Source: Rubripirellula sp.
GTDB lineage: Bacteria; Planctomycetota; Planctomycetia; Pirellulales; Pirellulaceae
Reading direction: 5' to 3'
NCBI GenBank assembly: GCA_965216875.1
Contig: OZ244207.1
Location: forward strand, 4,320,001-4,384,000
Length of the DNA: 64,000 nt
The translations under genes and the position numbers were made by a program. Positions 1 to 9,495 of the stretch are shown one piece after another (within the stretch, counting starts at the first letter, position 1; every line of letters starts with the position of its first letter). Below the pieces are notes generated by a model. The model had not been told where the DNA came from, searched no databases, and saw only the letters and a program-made list of their open reading frames with translations.

Positions 1-2
1 AC

Positions 3-320
3 GGTGGCTTTATCACTGGCGGCAAGTTTCTCGACTATCGCGAAGTCGACGAGTCGAGCCAGCGAGATGCCGAAGTGATCTCATGGCGTGAGCGTTTTAC
101 GAACGTATGCCGCGCCCACGGCTATTCGCCCTACCTGGTGTCCGTCGTCTTCGGAATCTCGCATCCAGGCATCGCCTCACTTGCACTGAGCACCAGCAAC
201 CCCGCTCGAGTCGCCTCGATGATCGAAGCCGCAACCACCGAGCTGCCCGCAAGTTTTTGGAACGAGCTGAAAGACGAAGGCTTGGTGGATCGCCACTACG
301 CTCACGTCGGTGAGGATTGA
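3..320 (+). CDS. Aldo/keto reductase family protein, C-terminal part (5' truncated by window edge)
   Basis: Frame open from position 3: GGFITGGKFLDYREV...VVFGISHPGIASLALSTSNPARV...PASFWNELKDEGLV, resembling the C-terminus of D-threo-aldose dehydrogenase-like AKRs. Confidence 0.6.
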   Translation, partial: GGFITGGKFLDYREVDESSQRDAEVISWRERFTNVCRAHGYSPYLVSVVFGISHPGIASLALSTSNPARVASMIEAATTELPASFWNELKDEGLVDRHYAHVGED

Positions 321-337
321 GCGGCGATCGCACGTGG

Positions 338-362
338 CCCGACGCCAGCGCGTTCGGCTCAC
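338..362 (-). repeat. REP-like palindrome family C (GTGAGCCGAACGCGCTxGCGTCGGG)
   Basis: Near-identical copies at 5733-5805, 5907-5930, 35194-35288 and 61288-61312. Confidence 0.8.
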
Positions 363-372
363 GAAACCTCTT

Positions 373-425
373 GTAGGTCATGCTCCGCATGACAATCTGC
401 GTGTTTCATGCACAGCGTGACCTAC
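373..425. repeat. REP-like inverted doublet family A (GTAGGTCATGCTCCGCATGAC...TCATGCACAGCGTGACCTAC)
   Basis: GTAG tetranucleotide plus hairpin in an inverted pair; same family at 4973-5048 and 5634-5654. Confidence 0.85.
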
Positions 426-439
426 GCCCCCCAAAAAAC

Positions 440-491
440 TTGACATGACTACAAACTGTAGCCATACTCCATGACTACAGCTTGTAGCCAT
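440..491 (+). promoter_or_regulatory. Sigma70 promoter overlapped by two BlaI/MecI/CopY-type operator palindromes
   Basis: TTGACA (440-445), 17 bp, CATACT (463-468); ATGACTACA-AAC-TGTAGCCAT (445-465) and ATGACTACA-GCT-TGTAGCCAT (471-491) directly upstream of a BlaI-family gene. Confidence 0.8.
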
Positions 492-513
492 GCACTTTTT
501 GGGGAATCTCTCG

Positions 514-936
514 ATGGCAAAATCGAGTCCGGAGCTGCCTCCGCTTTCGCAATCGCAAGCGGAAATCATGGAGGTGATTTGGGAATACGGGGAGGTCTCG
601 GCGTCGCAGGTCCGCCAACATTTGGCTGACCGGAAACGCGACGTAGCTCGCAACACCGTCCGCACGCTGCTTGAGCGGATGGAGGAAAAAGGCTGGCTGA
701 CGCATCGCGTCGACGGCCGCACCTATCTCTACTCAGCCACCCATGCCAAAGAAGCGACCGCCGGCGGCCGCGTCCTTGAAGTGCTCGATGAACTCTGTGG
801 TGGATCACCCGAAGCGCTCATGACGGCGCTGATCGACTACCGCGGCCTTTCGTCGTCCGAACTCGAGCGGATTCGCGCGATGTTGGACGAAGCCAAACCG
901 ACAAAGAAATCGACAAAGCGTGGAGGAAAGCGATGA
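514..936 (+). CDS. BlaI/MecI/CopY family transcriptional repressor
   Basis: LSQSQAEIMEVIWEYGEVSASQV...RNTVRTLLERMEEKGWL...GRTYLY winged HTH; ATG 514 preferred over 490; ATGA overlap with the next gene. Confidence 0.92.
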   Translation: MAKSSPELPPLSQSQAEIMEVIWEYGEVSASQVRQHLADRKRDVARNTVRTLLERMEEKGWLTHRVDGRTYLYSATHAKEATAGGRVLEVLDELCGGSPEALMTALIDYRGLSSSELERIRAMLDEAKPTKKSTKRGGKR

Positions 937-3900
937 ACGTGTTTGAAAACGTTGCCGCCGTTGCTTGGCTACCCCAGTCGGTGTGGCCCCAGTCGCCGTG
1001 GATTTCTTGGGGACTTGTCGCCTCCTCTGTCTTCGCGATCACGACGATCGCGGCGATCTCTTCAAACCTTTACCGGCACCAACCGGCGCGCCGACACACG
1101 TTGCTGATGTCGTCATTGATCGCCTGCCTCGCCTGCCCGCTGATCATGCTTACGATTTCTTTATCAGGCCAAACCGTCGTTGAGGTGCCTGTTGCAGTCG
1201 CTTCGACGCAGCGTGCTGAACCCGACTCCGCGCTGCCTCCGACCGAACCCGCCCCCGTTCTACTCAGCGAAGAACCTACCGAGGGCGTCCCTGCCGAATC
1301 GAATACGAACGGGTTGCCCACAACCGCACCCGCGACAGCGATCCCATCGAAAAGCGACCGCGCGGTGACGAGTCAATCATCGATCGCACTTCCATCGCTA
1401 TCACCGACCCACTGGATCGTGCTGGCTTGGTTGTTCGGATCGATCCTCCTGTTTTGCCGCACGCTTTACGGCCTTGTCGCCGCAAACCGGATTGCAAAGC
1501 GGGCCACTCGCATTCAATCCGACACGTTGCACGCCGCGGCGCAACAGGCCGCCGACTGCGTGGGACTTGCCAAACCGCCTGCGATCGCGACATCGATCGC
1601 CGTCCGCTCTCCCGCAGTGATCGGTTATCGCAAGATGACGGTGGTGATGCCGCCAGAATTGTTTGCGGTGGCCACGGACGAGGACCTGCGCAATACGCTC
1701 GTGCATGAATTCGCCCATGTACGTCGATTGGATCCGTGGATCGTTTTGTTGCAATCACTCGCCCGGTGTTTGTTCTGGCCCATCGTGACGCTTCACTTCG
1801 TGGATCGAGAACTCAGTCGCTCGCGTGAAGAGATCTGCGACAACTACGTCCTGAGGCAAGCATCGTCGATCGACTACGGCGAAACACTCTTAAAGCTCGC
1901 CGAGCTCGCACTTGGTGCGCGGGTCTTACGTACCTCGGTCGGCATTTTGCATTGGCGAGGCAAACTCGAGGACCGAATCGCCGGTTTCCTCAGCGGCTCG
2001 CGCAGCCAGGAGACGACACCCTCGCGCTGGCGCGGCTTGACGATGATCACGGTCGGACTTTGTGTTGGCACCCTGATTTGCGGAACGCGATTTGTTCGCG
2101 CCGATCGCGGCGACAGCGTTGAAGCAACTGCGGCGGACAAAGCCGAAATCGAAACGAAGACGAGTGACGAAGACTCAGGAACGTTTGCATTGACCGTGCG
2201 TGACGCCAAGGGAAATCCGGTGGACGGCGCGACGGTCGAACTGTGGGCGATCGCTTACAGCGGTGGCGGCCAAACCGTGCCGGAGGCGTATCACAAAGAG
2301 ACCACAACGGACAAACGGGGACAGACAACGGTTCGGTACCCGCTCCAATCATCGACGCACACGCCACAGAAGACCGAAAGGCTGGGGCTGAATGTTGAAC
2401 ACCCCGACCACCCTCGGTTTTCGTCTTACATCAAGGTTGTCCGCAAAGGGGAAGTTCGACTCGCCACAGCCACTTGGGCGACGATCTCAGCTTCATTGGC
2501 AGGCGGGGCGCCAATTACGAGCGACTTGCATGCGGCGATCAGTGGAATTGGTGCCAAGTCGAAGATGATCGGGCCGACGATTCGACTCGGCCCCCTTAAC
2601 CTTGCTGGCCAAAGACCCAACAACCTTGTCCGCTTGGTGCACGTGCCCGACGACGGCCCCGTATTCTTTAGCAAGCTGATCGACATTGCTCAGCTCGATC
2701 GGGGTAAGGGCGAGATCAGCCACAACACAACACTACAGCCGGCTGCTACCGTTCGCGGCAAGCTGCCAGAGTTCGTTCCTCGACCCGTCAAGAAAGGATG
2801 GGTCGCTGGAGTGATCATCAACCACGACTGGACTTGGCGAACAGCGGCCGAGATTCAAGCTGACGGTTCATTCACACTTACAGGACTGCCGGCCGACGAT
2901 CACTTGCAATTGATTGCCGCCTGCGATGGATGGGTTTCGCTACCGCCGCGACCAAACCAGGTCGAAGAGTACTCGAAACTGTTCGACTACCCGATCGCGC
3001 ACAACGGCGGTGCAAGAACGGGCAGAGTGACTCCACAGTTGCATTACATCTCGCCTGGCGTGAGCGAAACCGAAATCGCCATGCATCCAGCGGGCTCGGT
3101 CGAACTGACTGTTGTCGACTGGGACAACAATCCTGTCGTCGGCGCGACCGTCTCGTTCAATCCGAACCAAGTGTTTTACAACGGAGGTAGCACATTGCTT
3201 GGGACGCGGGTCCGGTCGATTGATTACCTGACCGAAAAGAACACCACAACTCAAGGTCAACGCCGCGAAGAGATTGCAGCTCAATATGTCGGCACAACCG
3301 ATCAGGAGGGCGTGGTTTCTATCAAGAACTTACCCTCCCACCTTTCTTGGAACCGATCCGATGGAGTGGACAGGGCAGGTGGCCAATTCATCGCGTTCAC
3401 CGTCCGTCGTGAAGGATACCGACTTGTCCCCAAAGAGCCGCAACGCTCGATGAGCCTTTCGGGGCCGCCGCAGGAAACGGTCGACCTGATTCCGGGTGAA
3501 ACCGCAAAGATCCGCGTCCGGATGGAAAAGACTGACAAGGCAAAAACACCCAAGAAGAAAGTACGCCCCAAACCGCCAGCGACGAAGCCTCAACCGACTA
3601 CAAACAAGTCAGCGTCTGTTGGCGAAACGAATGATGAAACGACGATCACCGTTACCGGCTCTGTTCAAAACACCGCGGGCGAACCGGTCGTCGGCGCGAA
3701 AGTGTTCTTGCTTTCGATAGGGCGCAAGGACAAACGTCTCGCGGAAACGACAACCGACAAAGAAGGAAGGTACACCTTCAAAGAGATCGCGTTGCCCATC
3801 GTCCGTTCCTCGATGTTCATCGACGGTGGCGCTATTCAGGTTTACGCGATCGCCGATGATTACGGGCTCTGCTGGCACGGCAAACGATCAGTCTTGATGA

Positions 3901-4976
3901 CGCCTCGCCCCGACAACGACCCGCCCAGCGAAACGGGAACATCGTTCTACGAGGGCGAAGCGATCGAGATGGATTTGACGTTCCAACCCACCGCACGACT
4001 TGAAGGCGTGGTGGAAGACGAGCAGGGCAGGGCAGTCCGGGGCGCAAAGATCTCGCTCGGGATGCTCGACTACATCGATCCCGAGGGGCACGTGTATCAC
4101 AAGAACTATCGTGAGTTTTGGGGAATGCGTTTCGCACCCGAACGATTCCGAACCACGACCACGGATGACCTGGGACGTTTCATCATTGCCGATCTTCCCG
4201 CAGAAACAGCCTGCCGTATTTCGATGTCCCACGAATCGTTCGCAAGCCAAGCAACGTTCGTTGCGATCACCGACCGCGACATCAGCGAGTACCGCTACTC
4301 CGGCACCAACATCACTTCCATTCGAGACGGCAAGGTGGTTCGGTACCCGAATTTCCGAACGCAATCGGTCGTTCGATCACCCGTTCGCTTTGAGGTGAAA
4401 CGGAATCAGTCGGCCACGATCGCCGTCGTCGACCCGAAAGGCCAAGCCGCCGCAGGGGTTTGGGTTTCCGCTTCCAATGGCGATCGCGCAACCGGCACAC
4501 GAGCGTCGGCCAAGACGGGCGACGATGGCACAGTGAAACTTGATCTACCGCCGGGAACTTACCGTTTGTCGGTTCGCCCCAAACGCGAGTCCACTTTCCT
4601 CACCACCTACGACGAACTCGTCATCGATGAATCGTCAAACGGGAAAAAACAGGTGCAACTGCGCAGCGGCTGCACCTTGATCTTGAAAGCCATCGACGCC
4701 GACACAGGAACGCCCATTGAGGGGATGAGTTTTTGGCGCGACGTCAAAGACAAACAAGGAGCCCGAACCGGTTTGAACTCGACCACGCTATACGTCGACC
4801 ATCCGGTGACTGACAAAGACGGAGTGCTGACTGCGATCGTCGAACCGGGCAAACGCACCATCGGAGTCGGGTGGAGCAAGATCCCCGAGGGCTACCAGGG
4901 CGGCGATGGAGGCCGCACGCTTGAATGCATCGAAGGGGAAACCGTGACCGCGACCTTCGAGGTCCGCAAGAAGTAG
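933..4976 (+). CDS. BlaR1-like M56 family metallopeptidase with long C-terminal extracellular beta-sandwich (carboxypeptidase regulatory-like) repeats
   Basis: N-terminal TM helices, LVHEFAHVRRLD, REEICDNYV, YGETLLKLA; repeated 'V.D..G.PV.GA.V...TTD..G' units. Confidence 0.88.
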   Translation: MNVFENVAAVAWLPQSVWPQSPWISWGLVASSVFAITTIAAISSNLYRHQPARRHTLLMSSLIACLACPLIMLTISLSGQTVVEVPVAVASTQRAEPDSALPPTEPAPVLLSEEPTEGVPAESNTNGLPTTAPATAIPSKSDRAVTSQSSIALPSLSPTHWIVLAWLFGSILLFCRTLYGLVAANRIAKRATRIQSDTLHAAAQQAADCVGLAKPPAIATSIAVRSPAVIGYRKMTVVMPPELFAVATDEDLRNTLVHEFAHVRRLDPWIVLLQSLARCLFWPIVTLHFVDRELSRSREEICDNYVLRQASSIDYGETLLKLAELALGARVLRTSVGILHWRGKLEDRIAGFLSGSRSQETTPSRWRGLTMITVGLCVGTLICGTRFVRADRGDSVEATAADKAEIETKTSDEDSGTFALTVRDAKGNPVDGATVELWAIAYSGGGQTVPEAYHKETTTDKRGQTTVRYPLQSSTHTPQKTERLGLNVEHPDHPRFSSYIKVVRKGEVRLATATWATISASLAGGAPITSDLHAAISGIGAKSKMIGPTIRLGPLNLAGQRPNNLVRLVHVPDDGPVFFSKLIDIAQLDRGKGEISHNTTLQPAATVRGKLPEFVPRPVKKGWVAGVIINHDWTWRTAAEIQADGSFTLTGLPADDHLQLIAACDGWVSLPPRPNQVEEYSKLFDYPIAHNGGARTGRVTPQLHYISPGVSETEIAMHPAGSVELTVVDWDNNPVVGATVSFNPNQVFYNGGSTLLGTRVRSIDYLTEKNTTTQGQRREEIAAQYVGTTDQEGVVSIKNLPSHLSWNRSDGVDRAGGQFIAFTVRREGYRLVPKEPQRSMSLSGPPQETVDLIPGETAKIRVRMEKTDKAKTPKKKVRPKPPATKPQPTTNKSASVGETNDETTITVTGSVQNTAGEPVVGAKVFLLSIGRKDKRLAETTTDKEGRYTFKEIALPIVRSSMFIDGGAIQVYAIADDYGLCWHGKRSVLMTPRPDNDPPSETGTSFYEGEAIEMDLTFQPTARLEGVVEDEQGRAVRGAKISLGMLDYIDPEGHVYHKNYREFWGMRFAPERFRTTTTDDLGRFIIADLPAETACRISMSHESFASQATFVAITDRDISEYRYSGTNITSIRDGKVVRYPNFRTQSVVRSPVRFEVKRNQSATIAVVDPKGQAAAGVWVSASNGDRATGTRASAKTGDDGTVKLDLPPGTYRLSVRPKRESTFLTTYDELVIDESSNGKKQVQLRSGCTLILKAIDADTGTPIEGMSFWRDVKDKQGARTGLNSTTLYVDHPVTDKDGVLTAIVEPGKRTIGVGWSKIPEGYQGGDGGRTLECIEGETVTATFEVRKK

Positions 4977-5048
4977 GTCATGCTGTGCATGAAGAAGTAG
5001 GTCATGCTCCGCATGACAATTGTCTGTGTCATGCACAGCATGACCTAC
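4973..5048. repeat. REP-like family A cluster (two direct copies plus one inverted)
   Basis: GTAGGTCATGCTGTGCATGA at 4973, GTAGGTCATGCTCCGCATGAC at 4997, inverted copy ending CCTAC at 5048. Confidence 0.85.
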
Positions 5049-5073
5049 GTGCCGTGACGCAATTGGACTCACC

Positions 5074-5586
5074 TCAAATCCCGAGCGCCATTCCCTTTTC
5101 ATCCAGGATCTGCACTTTGACTTCGACAAACCACTCTTTGTCATAGTGATTTGCTTTGACGACCACCTTGTAAGGTGTCGCCGGCGCGAGCGACGAGATG
5201 CCGTGACTCTTCTTTTCGGCGACTGCTTTGCGGAAACACTGCAACACGGTTTCATCGATTTGGCCATACCACGGTTTGGTTTGATGCGCATCGAGTACCG
5301 CTTCCATCGCCGCATAGGCTTGCCCTTCATCCCAATCACCGGGGAGACGGAATTGCATTTGTGCGTTCTTTTTGAACGTGTTGCTGATCTCCCAATTCGC
5401 CTCAAAGGACTCGCCATCGACCTCATGTGTCGCCGAGTACTTGTCACCATTGCTACTGCGGACACGCATCTGCAACTTCGACGCCGTTTCGGTATCGATC
5501 GGTCCGTCGACAACGGGCGCCTGCGAAGGAGCGCAGCCCACTAGCAGAAGACAAGCAACAAGAAGCGACAAAAACTGCAGACGCAT
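5074..5586 (-). CDS. Hypothetical lipoprotein
   Basis: 170 aa; signal peptide ending in lipobox LLVG-C; TACAAT-like -10 box upstream. Confidence 0.7.
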   Translation of the reverse strand: MRLQFLSLLVACLLLVGCAPSQAPVVDGPIDTETASKLQMRVRSSNGDKYSATHEVDGESFEANWEISNTFKKNAQMQFRLPGDWDEGQAYAAMEAVLDAHQTKPWYGQIDETVLQCFRKAVAEKKSHGISSLAPATPYKVVVKANHYDKEWFVEVKVQILDEKGMALGI

Positions 5587-5633
5587 TCGATGGCTCCGAA
5601 AGATGAGAAGCCGTTCATTGTAGCCGCCGCACC

Positions 5634-5930
5634 GTAGGTCATGCTGTGCATGACACCGCGGTGAGCCGTTTGTAGTACCGGGCTCTAGCCGGAATCTCCT
5701 CGCATTCCGCCTGAAGGCGGGACTACAAACCGAGAGCCGAACGCGCTAGCGTCGGGCGTTACAAGATGTGCAGTGTAACGCCCGACGCTAGCGCGTTCGG
5801 CTCACAGAAGTGCGCATTCGTAGCTACCTTCGCCAGAAGGTGGAATTTGCTGAATAAGATGAGCTGCCACACCACGCTCTGGCGAGCGTAGCTACGGTTG
5901 CAGGGGCCCGACGCTTGCGCGTTCGGCTCA
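5634..5930. repeat. Mosaic of REP-like elements (families A, B, C, D, C)
   Basis: A 5634-5654; B doublet 5672-5726 (GTAGTACCGGGCTCTAGCCGG...GGCGGGACTAC); C doublet 5733-5805; D doublet 5820-5895 (GTAGCTACCTTCGCCAGAAGGTGG...CCACGCTCTGGCGAGCGTAGCTAC); C 5907-5930. Confidence 0.85.
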
Positions 5931-5962
5931 GGTGTTGCCCGCGTCTACCGTGGGGAAGCACC

Positions 5963-7729
5963 TCACTTGATTTTCAGGTGCAACTCGGTGAGTTGGGCTT
6001 TGTCGACTTCGCCGGGGGCTTCGGTCATCAGGTCGGTCGCCTTCTGCGTTTTCGGGAAAGCGATCACTTCACGGATGTTTTCCAATCCAGCGAACAGCAT
6101 CACCCAGCGGTCGACGCCCAGTGCGATTCCTCCGTGCGGAGGTGCACCAAACTTCAACGCGTTGAGCAAGAAACCGAATCGGTCTTCCGCCGTCGCCTCG
6201 TCGATCCCCAACAACTCAAAGACCTGCTGTTGGGTTTCAGGGTCGTGAATACGAATCGTTCCACCACCCGCCTCGCTGCCGTTGATCACCAAGTCATAGG
6301 CTTGTGCCCGACAGTCTTGCGGGTCTTCCTTGAGCAGCGATAGGTCGCTTGCCAGCGGAGCGGTGAAGGGGTGATGCATCGCGTGCCAGTTACCGGTTTC
6401 GTCATCACGCTCGAACATCGGGAACTCGGTGACCCAACTGCAGTTGAGTTCGTTGGGGTCGATCAGACCAAGTTCGCCGGCCAAACGTTTTCGCAAACCA
6501 GCTAAGCCTTTGCAGGTCACTTCCCACGAATCGGCAAGGAACATCAACAAGTCACCCGGCTCGCCACCCATCAGTTCTTTGATTTCAGCGAGGTGCTCTT
6601 CTTCAAAGTTCTTGCTGATCGGACTCCACAGCGAACCGTCATCTTCGACACGGAACCAAGCCAAACCTTTGGCACCAAAATCTTGCTTGACGTAATCGGT
6701 CAAACCGTCGATTTGTCGTCGCGAGTACTTGGTCGCGGCACCTTTGACAGGAATCCCGCGGACGAAGCCGCCCTTGTCAGCCGTACCACGGAAGACGCGA
6801 AACTCGGTCTTCTTGGCGACCGAGGTAACGTCGACGATTTCCATTTCAAAACGCAAATCGGGTGCGTCGCTACCGAAGCGTCGCATCGCTTCGTCGTAGG
6901 TCATGCGCGGCAGCGGCGTCTTGACCTCTTTGCCCAACACGCGTTTGGCGGTTTCGGCCACCAAACCGTCGATCAGCCCCATGATGTCGTCGGCATCGAC
7001 GAACGACATCTCGAGGTCAAGCTGAGTGAACTCGGGTTGGCGGTCGGCGCGAAGGTCTTCGTCGCGGAAGCACTTTGCGACTTGGACGTAGCGGTCGAAG
7101 CCAGCGACCATCAAGATTTGTTTGTAGAGCTGGGGCGATTGAGGCAACGCGTAAAAGTTGCCTGGATGAACGCGGCTCGGCACGAGGTAGTCGCGAGCAC
7201 CTTCGGGAGTGCTGCGGCCGAGGATCGGTGTTTCGACATCGATGAAATCGCGTTCGGCGAAATAGTCACGCATCGTCTTGATGATTTCGCTGCGACGGAC
7301 CAGCGCCTTTTGCATGTCCTCGCGGCGCAGGTCGAGAAAGCGGTACTTCAGACGCAGGTCTTCACCTGGCAAGTCGCTTTGGCCTGGAGTGAACGGCGGC
7401 GTCTCGCAAAGGTTCAAGATCTCGAAGTGATCGGTGCGAACTTCGATGTCGCCGGTCGACAGATCGTCGTTGGTCATCCCCTCGAGGCGCTCGGTGACCT
7501 TGCCGCGAATCAAGATGACACTTTCGGCGGGAACGCGACCCGCTTCGTCGATCAATTTCGAGTCGGCTTCGGGCGGCCCAACGACCACCTGGGTGATCCC
7601 ATATCGGTCGCGCAAGTCGATAAAGACGACGCCGCCATGGTCACGACGACTTTCCACCCAGCCGCACAGGGTGACTTCGGAACCGACATCTTCTTTGCGG
7701 AGCTGACCGCAGGTATGGGAGCGTAACAC
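5963..7729 (-). CDS. aspS: Aspartate--tRNA ligase
   Basis: MLRSHTCG, RRDHGGVVFIDLRD, STPEGARDYLVPSR, FRDEDLRADRQPEFTQLD, GAPPHGGIALGVDR, IREVIAFPK. Confidence 0.98.
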   Translation of the reverse strand: MLRSHTCGQLRKEDVGSEVTLCGWVESRRDHGGVVFIDLRDRYGITQVVVGPPEADSKLIDEAGRVPAESVILIRGKVTERLEGMTNDDLSTGDIEVRTDHFEILNLCETPPFTPGQSDLPGEDLRLKYRFLDLRREDMQKALVRRSEIIKTMRDYFAERDFIDVETPILGRSTPEGARDYLVPSRVHPGNFYALPQSPQLYKQILMVAGFDRYVQVAKCFRDEDLRADRQPEFTQLDLEMSFVDADDIMGLIDGLVAETAKRVLGKEVKTPLPRMTYDEAMRRFGSDAPDLRFEMEIVDVTSVAKKTEFRVFRGTADKGGFVRGIPVKGAATKYSRRQIDGLTDYVKQDFGAKGLAWFRVEDDGSLWSPISKNFEEEHLAEIKELMGGEPGDLLMFLADSWEVTCKGLAGLRKRLAGELGLIDPNELNCSWVTEFPMFERDDETGNWHAMHHPFTAPLASDLSLLKEDPQDCRAQAYDLVINGSEAGGGTIRIHDPETQQQVFELLGIDEATAEDRFGFLLNALKFGAPPHGGIALGVDRWVMLFAGLENIREVIAFPKTQKATDLMTEAPGEVDKAQLTELHLKIK

Positions 7730-7834
7730 GATAAATAGGTGATTTGAGGGTGTTTTCGATGCTTGAGTCTGTACGCTGAACCAATCTCAGCGGACCAAAA
7801 TCTTATCGTGGCTCGCAAATATCGGAAGCAGCCC

Positions 7835-7874
7835 AAAAAACGAGCCCAAACGTCGCGGGAGCGGCGTTTGGGCT
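7835..7874 (-). terminator. Probable intrinsic terminator of the MFS gene
   Basis: Hairpin AGCCCAAACGTCGC/GCGGCGTTTGGGCT followed on the minus strand by a T6 run. Confidence 0.65.
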
Positions 7875-7926
7875 ACGCTTGAAACCGATGGGCAAATCCG
7901 CCCCAAAAGGGGCGATTCGACCGCTG

Positions 7927-9495
7927 CTAGTTTTCGCCCGTTCCGAGCGCGGTGGTCTCTTCCATGTCGACCGTCAAGGCTTTGTAGCCACCGATCGACT
8001 TGAAGTAGACGATCAGCAGCAGGTAGCAGATCGCCATCACAGCCGGAACAAGGGCGGTGAGCTTCAACGCCATCCGGCTACCATGCAAGGTTGCCTCGCT
8101 CACGGGGCCTTCGTCCTCTTCGGCGTGTGCCTTGGCTTCGTCTTCCCACCAGGTGTTCAGGGCGGTCAGGCTATCGTTGCTGCCACCTTGCTCTTCCAAA
8201 ATCGCCAACTCACCGGCGAGCGATTCGCCCGAGTCGCCAAGGGTTGCCACCTTTTGGCCATCGAGACCGTTGGTTTTGAAGACAAGGAACGAGTTCTCGT
8301 TAGCAGCCTTGTAGCGGCCGAAGGTCTCGGTCGAAACCTCTTGCAGTTTTTCCGACGCGTACTTGTCTTGCTTGAAGCCGATACCGGGACCGCCGAGCAA
8401 ACCAGCCGAAAGCATGCCGACGCCGCCAACCATACCGAGCGTTACAGCACCACCTTTAGGGAATCGCTCGGAAACGACTGCCAACATGGTTGGCCAGAAG
8501 AAGGTCTTACCGAGACCGTAAATGGTCAACGCTGCCAAAGCAGCCATGGTCGTTCCGACGCCACCGAGGACGTAAAGGCCAAACGTTGCCAGGACCGCAC
8601 TGAAGAAGAGCAGTCCGAGTGGCGAAATTTTGTGAACGATGGGGCCGGCGACAAAGCGAAGAATGAACATCAATGCCGATGTGTAAACGAACAACCAACG
8701 GCCCGTCGTTTCGTCCAAGATCGAACCGGTGATCCGTGCAATCCACGAGTCGGTACCGAGTTCGACGTAGCCAACCATCGCGTGGATGATCAGGAGGAAC
8801 AACAACAGTGGTGCGAGGAATTGCTTGAGGATCTCACCGACCGAGACCCCAGCCGCACTCGCTTCGGTCTTAGGCATGCTTTGCCCAAAGATCATCACGC
8901 CGTAGACGAGCACGGGGATCAGGAACAAGCTGATTTGGATTTGCCACGAAACCGAATCGGCCATGAAAATCGCGGCCACACCACCAAGAATCAGACCAGC
9001 AGGCCAACCGGCATGCAGGATGTTCAGATAATGAGTCTTGTTGTTCGGAAAGAGGGTCGCCGTGAGCGGATTGACCACCGCCTCGCAGATCCCGTTACCG
9101 ATTGCAAACATGAACATCCCGATAAAGAGCGTCCAATAGGTTGCGTCTTTTCCGGCCGCTGCAAAAACGGCGGGAGCCGCCAGTGTCACCACTGCCGAAA
9201 GAAAGTGAACGATAAAGGCGAGGTACATCAAGCGAGCGTAACCGACCGCCTCGGCCAAAAAGCTCGAAATGATGATCACGATCCCGAAACCGACCAGACC
9301 ACCACCGGTGATCCCGCCAAGCTCGGTTTGCGTGAAGCCGAATTGATCCGACCAAGCGCCCAAGACACTCGCACCACGAACCGAGAAGCCGACACCGGCC
9401 GCGAGGATCGCAACAAAGCCAGCCCAGAGGAGCCGGTGGGCATTCGGAGCCGCTGCATAATTGAGTGCGGAAGTATCGTCGTTTGAGCTGCTCAT
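7927..9495 (-). CDS. MFS transporter (probably sugar-type)
   Basis: About 12 hydrophobic helices; GNGICEAVVNPL, LHAGWPAGL, GKTFFWPTML. Confidence 0.9.
   Translation of the reverse strand: MSSSNDDTSALNYAAAPNAHRLLWAGFVAILAAGVGFSVRGASVLGAWSDQFGFTQTELGGITGGGLVGFGIVIIISSFLAEAVGYARLMYLAFIVHFLSAVVTLAAPAVFAAAGKDATYWTLFIGMFMFAIGNGICEAVVNPLTATLFPNNKTHYLNILHAGWPAGLILGGVAAIFMADSVSWQIQISLFLIPVLVYGVMIFGQSMPKTEASAAGVSVGEILKQFLAPLLLFLLIIHAMVGYVELGTDSWIARITGSILDETTGRWLFVYTSALMFILRFVAGPIVHKISPLGLLFFSAVLATFGLYVLGGVGTTMAALAALTIYGLGKTFFWPTMLAVVSERFPKGGAVTLGMVGGVGMLSAGLLGGPGIGFKQDKYASEKLQEVSTETFGRYKAANENSFLVFKTNGLDGQKVATLGDSGESLAGELAILEEQGGSNDSLTALNTWWEDEAKAHAEEDEGPVSEATLHGSRMALKLTALVPAVMAICYLLLIVYFKSIGGYKALTVDMEETTALGTGEN

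Noticed and set aside
4788..5513. 241-aa minus-strand ORF
   Set aside because: Overlaps the better-supported lipoprotein ORF, REP repeats and the M56 gene end
7879..9486. 535-aa + strand ORF
   Set aside because: Antisense shadow of the MFS gene with no motifs; expected from GC-rich codon bias
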